Source: Octopus sinensis | Taxonomy: Eukaryota | Length of the DNA: 64,000 nucleotides | Reading direction: 5' to 3' | NCBI RefSeq assembly: GCF_006345805.1 | Contig: NC_043026.1 | Span: forward strand, 4,092,001-4,156,000 | Part shown: piece after piece, positions 24,183 through 37,654 of the stretch | How the letters are laid out: each line of letters starts with the position of its first letter | Numbering within the stretch: the first letter of the stretch is position 1 | Position numbers and translations under genes: made by a program | Notes under the pieces: model-generated | What the model was told of the DNA's origin: nothing | What the model saw: only the letters and a program-made list of their open reading frames with translations | The model's database searches: none

Positions 24183-24413
24183 GGCGGCGAGCTGGCAGAA
24201 ACGTTAGCACGCTGGGCGAAATGCGTAGCCGTATTTCGTCTGCCGTTACGTTCTGAGTTCAAATTCCGCTGAGATCGACTTTGCCTTTCATCCTTTCGGG
24301 GTCGATAAATTAAGTACCAGTTATGCCCTGGGGTCGATGTAATCGACTTGATCTGCTTGTGTGTCCTTGTTTGTCCCCTCTGTGTTTAGCCCCTTGTGGG
24401 TAGTAAAGAAATA
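24183..24413 (+). mobile_element. SINE family B, representative full copy (central domain resembles the Deu/Nin SINE domain)
   Basis: ggcggcgagctggcagaaacgttagc...gagttcaaattcc...gactttgcctttcatcctttcggggtcgataaattaagtaccag...aaagaaata. There are many copies. The domain name comes from recalled similarity. Confidence 0.8.
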
Positions 24414-24608
24414 GGAAGTGTCTACCGCTATGGCTCCTAGACCAATCAGTCCCTTGTGTGGGGAATTCGTGGGAATTGAAGGAAGTGTGTTACATTTAAG
24501 CGCGTGTGTGTGTCTGTGTGTGTATTTAATATATATATATATATATATATATAGTTCATGATATATATGTACGTATGTATGTGTGTGTGTACGTATGTAT
24601 TTATGTGT

Positions 24609-24993
24609 GGAGGCGCAATGGCCCAGTGGTTAGGGCAGCGGACTCGCGGTCGTAGGATCGCGGTTTCGATTCCCAGACCGGGCGTTGTGAGTGTTTATTG
24701 AGCGAAAACACCTAAAAGCTCCACGAGGTTCCGGCAGGGGATGGTGGTGATCCCTGCTGTACTCTTTCACCACAACTTTCTCTCACTCTTTCTTCCTGTT
24801 TCTGTTGTACCTGTACTTCAAAGGGTCGGCCTTGTCACTCTCTGTGTCACGCTGAATATCCCCGAGAACTACGTTAAGGGTACACGTGTCTGTGGAGTGC
24901 TCGGGCCACTTACACGTTAATTTCACGAGCAGGCTGTTCCGTTGATTCGGATCAACCGGAACCCTCGTTGTCGTAACCGACGGAGTGCTTCCA
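24609..24993 (+). mobile_element. tRNA-headed SINE family C, full copy
   Basis: tRNA-like head with A and B boxes, then a unique body shared with 18297-18678. The copy at 25253-25530 has the same head and a different tail. Confidence 0.85.
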
Positions 24994-25186
24994 AATGTAT
25001 TTATGTATGTATGTATGTATGTATGTGCGCATCCACACATCCCACTGATGCAATGCTGAAACAGGTCACTGAAGCTGTTTCTATACAGGAATACAAACCC
25101 ACTCTCAACCGAAAATCCGAATGGGGTAACATCCAGATTCCACTCAGGAGTACCATTCTATAACTACCCCTCTCTCTCTCATTTAC

Positions 25187-25255
<69 letters not shown>

Positions 25256-26244
25256 GACGCGCAATGGCCTAGTGGTTAGGGCAGCGGACTCGTGGTCGCA
25301 GGATCGCGGTTTCGATTCCCAGACCGGGCGTGGTGTGTGTTTATTAAGCGAAAACACCTAAAAAGCTCCATGAGACTCTGGCAGGGGGTGGTGATCCCTG
25401 CTGTACTCTTTCACCACTCTTTCTTCTGTTGGCCTGCTCGCTTAGCCAGCGGGGTGGCGTCATTCGAAGGCTAAAACAATGCGAACGCATTGTGACCAGC
25501 GATATGTAACAACATCTGATGGTCTGGTCGGTCACATGATCACGTGATATATATATATATAATATAGGTACAGGAGTGGCTGTGTGGTAAGTAGCTTGCT
25601 TGCCAACCACATGGTTCTGGGTTCAGTCTCACCTCGTGGCACCTTGGGCAAGTGACTTCTAATATAGCCTTGGGCCGACCAAAGCCTTGTGAGTGGAATT
25701 TGTAGATGGAAACTAAACGAAGCCTGTTGTATATATGTATATATATATATATATATGTGTATATGTATATACATATATATGTATATATATATATATATAT
25801 GTGTGTATGAGTATGTATATGTTTGTATGTCTGTGTTTGTCCCCCACCCCCAAACATTGCTTGGCAATCAATGCTGGTTGTGTTTACGTCCCCGTAACTT
25901 AGCAGTTCAGCAAAAGAAGAGACTGATAGAATAAGTACTAGGCTTCCAAAGAATAAGTCATGGAGTCGATTTGTTTGACTAAAGGCAGTGCTCCAGCATG
26001 GCCACAGTGAAATGACTGAATATATATATATATACACACACACACATACAGGAATAAGTAACATTGGTGTGTTTATGTCGACGTAACTTAGTGGTTTGGC
26101 AAAAGAGACTGATAGAATAAGTACAAGGTTTACAAAAAAGCAAGTCCTGGGATCGATTTCTTCAACTAAAAAACCCTTTAAGGCAGTGCTCCAGCATGGC
26201 CACAGTCAAATAACTGAAACAAGTAAAAGGATGAAAGAATATAT

Positions 26245-26400
26245 AGCACCGGTCTCTAACTGTGGAGGAGGTAGACTCAGGAAGATGTGGGCTAAGATGG
26301 TGAAGCGTGATCTTTTGGTGTTGAGTGCCATGAAGGCAATGACAAGTGACTCAGGCTTGTGGTGATTTGCCGTGCTTCAAAAGACTTATCAAGCCAAGGG
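26245..26400 (+). mobile_element. Degenerate RTE ORF2 C-terminal fragment
   Basis: Reads GGGRLRKMWAKMVKRDLLVLSAMKAMTSDSGLW*FAVL, collinear with the RTE C-terminus at 46687-46850. Confidence 0.6.
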
Positions 26401-27650
26401 AAATCATAGTTGTGGCCATTGCTTCTTTTTCCATACCGAAGCTACTTGGTAAAATTTATTAATTATTAATATTCCTTTGTGGCTGTGTGGTAAGTAGCTT
26501 GTTTACCAACCACATGGTTCCGGGTTCAGTCCCACTGCGTGGTAGCTTGGGCAAGTGTCTTCTACTATAGCCTCGGGCCGACCAAAGCCTTGTGAGTGGT
26601 TTGGTAGACGGAAACTGAAAGAAGCCCGTCGTATATATGTATGTATATATATATGTATGTGTATGTGTCTGTGTTTGTCCCCCTAGCATTGCTTGACAAC
26701 CGATGCTGGTGTGTTTATGTCACCGTTACCTAGCGGTTCGGCAAAAGAGACCAATAGAATAAGTCCTGGGGTCGAGTTGCTCGATTAAAGGCAGTGCTCC
26801 AGCATGGCCGCAGTCAAATGACTGAAACAAGTAAAAGAGTATATATATATATATATATATATTAAAATCGATCAACATCAATGGAATTTGTAGCTGTGGT
26901 ACTAGTGCCGGTGGCACATAAGAGAACCATCAGAACGTGGCCGTAGCCAGCACTGCATCGACTGGCCTCCATGCTGGTGGCACGTGACAAACACCATCCG
27001 ATCGTGGCTGTGCCATCCTCGCCTGGCCTCCGTGCCGGTGGCACGTAAAAGGCACCATCCGAGCGTGGCCGTTTGCCAGCCTCATCTGGCACCTGTGTCG
27101 GTGGCACATAAAAAGCACCCACTACACTCAAGGAGTGGTTGGCATTAGAAAGGGCATCCAGCTGTAGAAACAATGCCTGATCTGACTGGCCTGGTGCAGC
27201 CTTCGGTCTCCCCAGACCTCAGTTGAACCGTCCAACCCATGCTAGCATGGAAAGCAGACGTTAAACAATGATGATGATGATGATATACTATTCACTTAGC
27301 TACATTCTTTTATGGAAAAAGTCAACAGCCAATTATTACAAGCTTAAACACTGGAATTTGTATCTTTAACCTTTACATTGTCAAAGCAAAAGGATTTAAA
27401 CCCAATAATACCAAAGGCTACAAAAATACTGTCACACCTTGTGTCTACCTCATAAAAAAAGAGACACCATCACACTTGTTTACAAATGTTTAACATACAT
27501 GAATAAATTCTAAACAATAACTTAACACCAAATTTAATCAATAAAACCACCTTAGAACACTAATTACCATTTCATTCAAACATATACACACCCAAGGAAA
27601 ATTTTAATTCAACAGAGACTGTATGAAGGCAAGACTAATTGTTTTTTTTA

Positions 27651-28200
27651 TTTCTTTATTACCCACAAGGGGCTAAACACAGAGAGGACAAACAAGGACA
27701 GACAAACGGATTAAGTCGATTATATCGACCCCAGTGCGTAACTGGTACTTATTTAATCGACCCCGAAAAGATGAAAGGCAAAGTTGACCTTAGTGGAATT
27801 TGAACTCAGAATGTAAAGTCAGATGAAATACCTATTTCTTTACTACCCACAAGGGGCTAAACACAGAGAGGACAAACAAGGACAGACAAACGGATTAAGT
27901 CGATTATATCGACCCCAGTGCGTAACTGGTACTTATTTAATCGACCCCGAAAAGATGAAAGGCAAAGTTGACCTTAGTGGAATTTGAACTCAGAATGTAA
28001 AGTCAGATGAAATACCTATTTCTTTACTACCCACAAGGGGCTAAACACAGAGAGGACAAACAAGGACAGACAAACGGATTAAGTCGATTATATCGACCCC
28101 AGTGCGTAACTGGTACTTATTTAATCGACCCCGAAAAGATGAAAGGCATAGTCAACCTTGGTGGAATTTGAACTCAGAACGTAGCGGCAGATGAAATACT
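27651..28200 (-). repeat. Three near-identical tandem 184-bp copies of a SINE B segment
   Basis: acccacaagggg occurs at 27661, 27845 and 28029, and the copies share private variants. Confidence 0.9.
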
Positions 28201-29327
28201 GCTAAGCATTTCACCCGCTGTGCTAACAATTCTGCCAGCTTGCCACCAGACTTTTTTGTAATGTATCATAGGCTGATGTTGGCTTAACTGTCTTAAACTT
28301 TGAAGTCACTGTCAACAGCATTCTTGTTTTTAACACTTTTGCATTCAAACCAACCATATCCAGCCAAAATATTGATTCTTTTAAGTTCAAAATGGCCAGA
28401 TGCAACATGTCACATCTACTCTATAATATCATAGTAAAATTCAACAACCATCGCGACAGATACTGGTGTGGGGCAAATGGCACCTGTGCTGATGGCATGT
28501 AAAAGCACCCATTACACTCTCAGAGTGGTTGGCGTCAGGAAGGGCATCAAGCCAAAGAAACCATGCAAAATCAGATTTCAAGGTCAATCTGTGCCAAGCG
28601 GCTTTGGAGGAGACCCCTTTCGGTCACGAATGACCATGGGAATGGGATTGCACCTAGAAAGTTACCCTCCCAGGCACAAGTCCAAGCAAGGTTGTTTATG
28701 GAAGACCAGCAGTCGCCCATGCATACCGGCCTCCCCTCTCCATGCCACCAGTGTTATCCAAGGGAAAGGCAAAGGGGCCGATACAGCTTGGCACCTGTGA
28801 CATCGCAACTCATTTCTACAGCTGAGTGAACTGGAGCAACGTGAAATAAAATACTTTGCTCAAGAACACAACGTGCAGCCCGGTCCGGGATTCGAACTCA
28901 CAACCTCACAATCGTAAGATTGACGCTCTAACCACTGAGCCATACGCTTTCACATGGTGCTTTTTACGTACCACCTGCACAAGAGTCAGTCCAGTGGCAC
29001 TGGCAACGACCTCGCTCGAATGTTTTGTTCACGTGCCACCGGCACAAGTGCCAGTAAGGCAATGTAGGTAACGATCATGCTCAAATGGTGCTCCATAATA
29101 TATATATATATCTTTACTCTTTTACTTGTTTCAGTAGGTTGACTGCGGCCATGCTGGAGCACCGCCTTTAGTCAAGCAACTCGACCCCGGGACTTATTCT
29201 TTGTAAGCCCAGTACTTATTCTATCGGTTTCTTTTGCCGAACCGCTAAGTGACGGGGACGTAAAACCACCAGCATCGTTGTCAAGCAATGCTAGGGGGAC
29301 AAACACAGACACACAAACATACACACA

Positions 29328-29417
<90 letters not shown>

Positions 29418-30214
29418 TATATACGACGGGCTTCTTTCAGTTTCCGTCTGCCAAATCTACTCACAAGGCTTTGGTCGGCCCGGGGCTATAGCAGAAGACA
29501 CTTGCCCAAGATGCCACGCAGTGGGACTGAACCCGGAACCATGTGGTTGGTAAGCAAGCTACTTACCACACAGCCACTCCTGTGCCTATATATATATATA
29601 TATCCACACATACAAGGGTTTCTTTTAGTTTCTGCCTACCAGCTCCACTCACAAGGCTTTGGTCAACCCAAGGCTATAATAGAAGACATACACCCTAGGT
29701 ACCACAGAGTGGGACTGAACCGGGAACTATGTGGTTGGAAAGCAAGCCTCTTACTATACAGTTACCTATATTTATGTGTGTGGGAACAGGCACAGACTGG
29801 AGTATTTTAATGTAAATTCTTAATAACAATACATCGTTTATTCAATGAATAGAGAAGTATTTATGAGTTTGTCTTTTCAGATTTTCATTAAGATTATGTT
29901 GTTTGGTTTAGTGGTTGTGTAGATTATGTCATAGAATATGTACTTTAAATATATAGTCAGAGGCATGTCTGTAGTCGTGTGGTAAGAAATTTCCTTCCCA
30001 TCCACATGGTTCTGGGTTCAGTCCCACTATGTGGCATCTTGGGCAAGTGTCTTTTATTATAGTCGTGAGCTGATGAAAGGGCAATCTTGATTTCCAGTTT
30101 AATGTGGAGGTTGTGTTTAAACACAGAATACTTCTTTATTTATCCTTGAGGGCAACCTTCATAAGCACTCATGATGCATAAAAAAAAACATTGGAAATAA
30201 TTTTGCTGACAGGT

Positions 30215-32110
30215 GGGAGTCGTCTGCTACGGCCACCAGAATTGACAGTACCAGATCCCGTGGTTTCATCATCATCATCGTTTAACATCTGCCTTAAACG
30301 ATGATGATAATGATGATGAACTTCGTCTGCTATGGCCACCAGAACTGGAAGTACCAGATCCCTTAGTTTCACCCTGCTGTGAGTTCCTCAGTGACAGATG
30401 CAGTTGATAGAATGTCATGGCTGAGCATACCTCAAACACCTGTATTTTATCGTGCTGCTGGACAGCCATCACTGAGGAACTCACAGCAGGGTGAAACCAC
30501 AGGATCTGGTACTTCCAGTTCCGGTGGTCCTAACAGACATATTTCATCATCATTATCATCATCGTTTAAGGCAAATGTTAAACGATGATGATGATGATGA
30601 TGATGATGAGAGTTGTCTGCTATGGTCATCGGAGCTGGAAGTACCAAGTCATGTAGTTTCACCCTGTTGTGAGTTTCTCAGTGACAGATGTCCAGCAGCA
30701 CGAAAAAATACAAGTGTTTGAGGTATACTCAGCCATGACATTATATATACTGCATCATCATCATCATCATCATTGTTTAACATCTGCCTTAAACGATGAT
30801 GATAATGATGATGAACTTCGTCTGCTATGGCCACCAGAACTGGAAGTACCAGATCCCTTAGTTTCACCCTGCTGTGAGTTCTTCAGTGACAGATGCAGTT
30901 GATAGAATGTAATGGCTGAGCATACCTCAAACACCTGTATTTTATCATGCTGCTGGACATCCATCACTGAGGAACTCACAGCAGGGTGAAACCACAGGAT
31001 CCGGTACTTCAAGTTCTGGTGGCCGTAGCAGATGAATTTCATCATTATCATCATCGTTTAACCCTTTCGTTACTGTATTTACTTTGAGATGCTCTGTGTT
31101 TCTTTCAATTACTTTAAATATAACAAAGAATTTAGTAAAATAATTTAGTTATCATTCAGCTAGTGTTAGGAACATAAATTGTGACTAAGGTTCGGTGGAA
31201 GATTTTAATTCAAAACTTCTGAAAACAAGACATTTGTACTCAGAGCCAGGGGTGATTTCATCTGAGTTAGTATTGAAAGGGTTAAAAACACCTCTACATT
31301 TAGGCAGATGGACATTAGAAGCAGTTGAAAGGGTGTGGATTGAAGGAAGTTTAGGTTATTATTTCTGAAGATTTTGATTCAGAACTTATGAAAACAAGAC
31401 ATTTGTACTACAGAGCCAGAGCCGGTTTCAGCCAGATTGGTATCGAAAGGGTTAAACACACCTCTACATTTGGGCAGATGGACATTAGAAACAGTTGAAA
31501 GGGTGTGGACTGAAGGAAATTTAGGCTACTATTTCTAGCATATAGAGTGACCACATTAAGGTCTCCTTCTCTCATGTTTTCTGCTGATTATTTTTCTTCT
31601 TAACCCTTCCATGACTGTATTTATTTTGAGATGCTCTGAGTTTCTTTCAATTAATTTTAAATATAACAAAGAATTTAGTAAAATAACTTAGTTATCATTC
31701 AGTTAGTGTTAAGAACATAAATTGTGACTAAGGTTTGATGGAAGATTTTAATTCAAAACTTAAGAAAATAAAAGATTTGAACTCAGAGCCAGAGGTGGTT
31801 TCAGCCAGGTTGGTAACAAAAGGGTTAAGGCAGATGTGAAACAACGACGACGACGATGATGATGATGATGATGGTGGTGGTGATGGTGATTGTGATGATG
31901 ATGATAATGATGATGATGGTGGTGGTGGTGATGATGATGGTGGGGTGGTGGTGGTGATGATGATTGTCTGCTATGGTCATCGGAACTGGAAGTACCAAGT
32001 CCCGTAGTTTCACCCTGCTGCGAGTTCCTCAGTGACAGATGTCCAGCAGCACGAAAAAATACAGGTGTCGGAGGTGTACTCAGCCTTGACATTATATATA
32101 CTGCATCGTC
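30215..32110. repeat. Foldback cluster: unit of about 150 bp in alternating orientations, separated by (CAT)n/(GAT)n
   Basis: Hairpin form (arms of about 70 bp) at about 30322-30540 and 30817-31035. Single-orientation copies at about 30614-30757 and 31965-32106, and a partial copy at 30215-30268. Confidence 0.85.
31062..31824. mobile_element. Composite piggyBac-type MITE block (full MITE 31062-31281, 3' part 31367-31451, full MITE 31604-31824)
   Basis: TTAA-CCC...GGG-TTAA termini. The outer flanks (catcgt TTAA ... TTAA ggcagatgt) rebuild the uninterrupted motif seen at 30561-30585. Confidence 0.8.
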
Positions 32111-32476
32111 ATCATTGTTTAACATCCCCTTTTCTGTGCTAGCATGGGTGGGATATTTTGGCAAGAACAAACAAGCCAGAGGGCTGTGCCAAGTTCTGTG
32201 TCTGTTCTACAGGGTTTCTACAGCTGGATGCTCTTCCTGTCCCCAACCACTTAACAGAGTGTGCTGGGTGCCTTTCTTTACAGGACACCCGTCCTAGTGC
32301 CAGTGTCATCAAGTCCCTGCAATGATATTTGGTGACTCGTGCCCCTAATACAAATGTGTCTGTTTTATATCAAACCATTGATGTTATATCAGTGAAGGCG
32401 CATGGCTCAGTGGTTAGAGCGTCGAGCTTACGATCGTGAGGTTGTGAGCTCGAATCCCGGACCGGGCTGTGTGTTG

Positions 32477-32693
32477 TGTCTGTCTCCCACACCCCATCAA
32501 ACACACACACACACACATGTACATCAATGCTCCCATGCACGGTAACTTCAAAAGAACTTCCCTCGTCATACAATCGCTTTCTCTTAGTCTCTTTCGCTCT
32601 CATTACTTCAAAAGTTCCCGCAAGCCCATATGTAAAAAAAAAATTTTTTTTACGGAAATCGACGGAATGGTCTACTAGAGACGAAAGATTGCC
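32477..32693 (-). mobile_element. Partial copy of the Merlin-like MITE
   Basis: Reverse complement of the left half of 8045-8471. Confidence 0.85.
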
Positions 32694-33395
32694 ATATATA
32701 TATATATATATATATATCGAGATGTGCTTAAAATAACAGCTAACTCGCCCTTAAATTATCCACAAAAAAAAAATTAATGTTTTCTAACCTAATTGTATGA
32801 ATTCGCGTGTGTAGAACAGAAATTTTGTTAAAACATTCTGAAAATTCCCCAAATTAAAAAAAAAATGTTACGAGGTAATTATGGGGTCCTTAAACAAGAA
32901 TCCCGCCTCTTTTTTAAGGTATGTATGTATGTTGTTGTTTAACGTTCGGTCAAAGCATATCTAGGACTAGGTTATCTTGTGTGTGTGTGCTGTCACGTTG
33001 CTCTCAGCTAGATTATCTCTGATCACGGCATCAAACATGTTCCAGCTGTCTTCATTTATATTCAACACGAGTACATCATAGAACGACTACTGTCATTGCT
33101 CGACCATTGAAAGGAAAAAAGAAAAAAAAAGAAATTTTGATTTACCTCCCTTCAATTAAATTGCCTTCATAAGTTACTTCCCTTAAGACTACTTCGTGTC
33201 TGTGTGTTTGTGTGTGTCTGTATACTTATGTAATACTTTCACCTTTACTTCGCCCATTCTGTCTCTCTATATATGCATTTATATAGCCATATATATGTTG
33301 GTATACATTTACACATCTGTTTTCACTTGAGAAGTTAACGCTATATTTGAGCTTGGAGTGGTCAACCCTTGTTTTGGAACAGACTGCCTACGTAT

Positions 33396-33430
<35 letters not shown>

Positions 33431-33560
33431 GTATATGTATGTATGTGTATATGTATGTATGTATGTATGTATGTATGATGTATGTATGTGTATATATATA
33501 TGTATGTATATATATATGTATATATATATATATGTGTATATATATATATGTATGTATATA

Positions 33561-33940
33561 CACTTGCGTCAGAAATTAATTAGCACTTCTCAAATTTCTA
33601 CATTAAATAGGTTAACTCAATTAACCTATGAGCTATTCAAAACGTCTTACGCGATGAGAAAACTTAGTATGGTGTGATTTCGGTCCTTGCGAGGCGCTAC
33701 CTATATCTATTAAACAAAGGAAGATTTGTCTGCATCCGCACTCCAAGTTGTTGTTGCACTGCTATGTCAACATCATAAGGCTGTAGACTCTCAAACTGCT
33801 CTGCAAACAAAGTTACGTCATCGTTCTGCACAACAGTGAACTCGCAACAAAGCAATAGTTCGAGATATGGCCACTAGGTGACAGCACATACCTTGAGTGA
33901 AGAGCAAATCAAGGGTGCTAATTAATTTCTGACGGTAGTG
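33561..33940. mobile_element. Tc1/mariner-like MITE, 380 bp
   Basis: TIRs cacttgcgtcagaaattaattagcac and gtgctaattaatttctgacggtagtg, flanked by TA on each side. Confidence 0.8.
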
Positions 33941-34316
33941 TATGTATGTATATATATACATGCATATATGGGCACAGGACATCAAAAAAAAAACGTTAAA
34001 CACAATGAGAGACGAAAACATAGAAACGAACTTTTTTTCAAACAACGAAAAAAAACCCCAGAAAAACCACACACACACATGGAAATATATACACACATGT
34101 GTATGTATATATACATATACACGCACATATATATATATATATATATTATATACACACACACGTACATATATACATACATATACACACATACATATATGTA
34201 TACACACACATATATATATATACATATATTTCAAATTTACAGACAATAAAGGAGGAAGACATGCGAAGGAACAACAAGCAGGTTTATTCACTTAATGCTC
34301 AGGAAGAATGGAAAAA

Positions 34317-34353
34317 TCTTTGATGTTTTGAGCCTATGCTCTTTGTCAGTAAG
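34317..34353 (-). ncRNA. Decayed Penelope-type minimal hammerhead motif
   Basis: Minus strand CTTA CTGACAA A GAGC ATAG GCTC AAAA CATC AAAGA. It has three G-to-A changes at core or stem positions relative to the 47138 family, so it is probably inactive. Confidence 0.55.
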
Positions 34354-34548
34354 GGCTGAAAAGAAGATAATGGAGAGAACAACAAAAAAAAAAAAGCAGA
34401 GAGAGAAAAAACGTGTACGGAATGATGGTTCAGTGTGTACATAAACTAACTTTGCCTGTACTGATACCACGTAAGAACCACTGGGTCCACTCTGCAGAGT
34501 GGTTGGTGTTAGGCAGGGCATCCATATACATATATACATATATATATA

Positions 34549-34597
<49 letters not shown>

Positions 34598-34625
34598 GTA
34601 TGTATGTGTGTGTGTGTGTATATAC

Positions 34626-34663
<38 letters not shown>

Positions 34664-35308
34664 TCTTTTGTTCGTTTACTTGTTTCAGTCATTTGACTGC
34701 GGTCATGCTGGAGCAATGTCTTGCAGGGTTTTAGTTGAACAGATCAACCCCAGGACATAGGTTTTAAAAGCCCAGTCCTTATTCAATTGGCCTCTTTTGC
34801 CAAACTTCTAAAGTTACGGGGATGTAACACACCAACACCGATTGTCAAGCAGTGATGGGTTGACAAACACACGCACACACACACGCACACAAACACGCAC
34901 ACACACACACATACACACAAATATATATGTTGGGCTTCCTTCAGTTTCCGTCTTCCAAATCCACTCAGAAGGCTTCGGTCAACCTGAAGCTATAGCCGAA
35001 GACTCTTGCCCGGGCTGTCAGTACACAGACACACACGGATACGCATAAATATGTAAAAGTACACACGCACACACACTACCACCTTGAAAACTGCTACAAC
35101 TATTGCTACTATTACGTCCACAACCACCACTACTACCACTACGACCACCACTACCACTACGACCACCACCACTGCTACTACTAGTCTAAAAATAACACTC
35201 GGCGGTGATGAACGCATCAAAGTTTTGTAAATAAGTGACTGTCTTATCAGGCATTTCAGTTATGTTTATTCTTTAGAAGTAGAACTGGAGCGCACGTGTG
35301 TGTGTGTG

Positions 35309-35343
<35 letters not shown>

Positions 35344-35461
35344 TGTGCGTGTGTGTGTGTGTGGTTGTGTGAAAATGCTTGTTCAACTCAAGACACTTCA
35401 AAGCAGTGCCCAGCATGGCCATTATGTAACAACTGTAATGAGTAAAAGACAGATGTATGTA

Positions 35462-35525
<64 letters not shown>

Positions 35526-35646
35526 CATATATATATATATATATGCATACATATATATATATATGCATACATATATTATATATATATATATGCATACATA
35601 TATATATATATATACATATATGCATACATATATATATACATATATG

Positions 35647-35690
<44 letters not shown>

Positions 35691-35897
35691 TACATATATA
35701 TATATTATATATATATATATATATATAGGCGTAGGAGTGGCTGTGTGGTAAGTAGCTTGTTTACCGACCACATGGTTCCGGGTTCAGTCCCACTGCGTGG
35801 CATCTTGGGCAAGTGTCTTCTACTATAGCCTCGGGCCGACCAAAGCCTTGTGAGTGGATTTAGTAGACGGAAACTGAAAGAAGCCTGTCGTATATAC

Positions 35898-35949
<52 letters not shown>

Positions 35950-36695
35950 TTGTGTGTCTGTGTTTGTCCCCCTAGCGTTGCTTGACAACCGATGCTGGTG
36001 TGTTTATGTCCCCGTCACTTAGCGGTTCAGCAAAAGAGACTAATAGAATAAGTCCCGGGGTCGAGTTGCTCGATTAAAGGTGGTGCTCCAGCGGCGTTAG
36101 GAAGGGCATCCAGCTGTAGAAACACTGCCAGACTAGACTGGGGCCTGGGGCAGTCCCGAGCTCCCCAGACCCCGGTCGAAACCGTCCAACCCGTGCTAGC
36201 GCGGAAAACGGACGTTAAACGATGATGATGATGATGATGATGATATATATATGCATACATATATATATATATAATTGTTATGCGTTAGGGTTAGGGTTAG
36301 GGTGAGGGTTAGTGACTGGAATATATACATATATGCCTATATTCATGCACACATCATCATCATCGTTTAACGTCTGCTTTCCTTGCTAGCAAGGGTTGGA
36401 TGATTTGACTGAGTTCTGGTGAACCAGATGGCTGCACCAGACTCCAATCTGATCTGGCAGAGTTTCTATATATATATAGCTGGCAGACACGTTAGCGCGC
36501 TGGGTGAAATGCTTAGCCATATTTCGTCTGCCGTTATGTTCTGAGTTCAAATTCCGCTGAGGTCACTTTGCCTTTCATCCTTTTGGGGTTGATAAATAAA
36601 GTACCAGTTTCGCACTGGGGTCGGTGTAATCGACTTAATCCGTTTGTCTGTCCATGTTTTCTCCCTCTATGTTTAGCCCCTTGTGGGCAATAAAG

Positions 36696-36736
<41 letters not shown>

Positions 36737-37605
36737 TACACCCACCCACCCACACATATACGTATATGCCTATATTCATACACACACATCATCATCATCA
36801 TCATCATCGTTTAACGTCTGCTTTCCATGCTAGCATGGGTTGGATGATTTGACTGAGGTCTGGTGAACCAGATGGCTGCACCACACTCCAATCTGATCTG
36901 GCAGAGTTTCTACTGCTGGATGCCCTTCCTAATACCAACCACTCCGAGAGTGTAGTGGGTGCTTTTACATGTCACTGGCACGAGGACTAGTCAGGTGGTA
37001 CTGGCATTGACCTTGCTCTAATGGTGCTTTTTACGTGCCACCTACGCAGAAGCCAGTCTGATGGCACTGGCAACAACTATGCTCAAATGGTGCTTTAGTG
37101 CTTTTTACATGCCACCTGCACACGAGCCAGTCAGGTGTTGCTGGCAACGATCACGGTCGAATGGTGTTTTCTACATGCCATCGGCACAGGAGCCAGTCAG
37201 CTGCCCTGGCATCGATCACGCTCGAATGGTGCTTTTAATGTTCCACTGGCATGGGTGGCAATCAGGTGATTATTGGCTCAGTGGTTAGAGCGTCGAGCTT
37301 ACGATCGTGAGGTTGTGAGCTCGAATCCCAGACCAGGCTGGGTGTTGTGTTCTTGAGCAAGGCACTTTATTTTTACGTTGCTCCAGTTCACTCAGCTGTA
37401 GAAATGAGTTGCGACGTCACAGGTGCCAAGCTGTATCGACCTTTGTCTTTCCCTTGGATAACACTGGTGGCATGGAGAGGGGAGGCCGGTATGCATGGGC
37501 GACTGCTGGTCTTCCATAAACAACCTTGCCCGGACTTGTGTCTAGGAGGGTAACTTTCTAGGTGCAATCCCATGGTCATTCATGACCGAAGGGGGTCTTT
37601 ACCCT

Positions 37606-37654
<49 letters not shown>

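Noticed and set aside
24609-24690. tRNA-like sequences (heads of SINE families A, C and D)
   Set aside because: A and B boxes are present, but they run directly into SINE bodies, lack a convincing acceptor stem and occur in many diverged copies.
30455-30520. CTGAGGA-ACTC/GGGT-GAAA hammerhead-like core in the foldback unit
   Set aside because: The core and stem II fit, but stem III has a C-A mismatch next to the core in all copies and stem I is weak, so it is not called without a covariance-model test.
36285-36312. Interstitial (TTAGGG)n
   Set aside because: Only about 4.5 units with a variant. Similar short runs are built into the MITE at about 18150 and 55945, so this is no evidence of a chromosome fusion.
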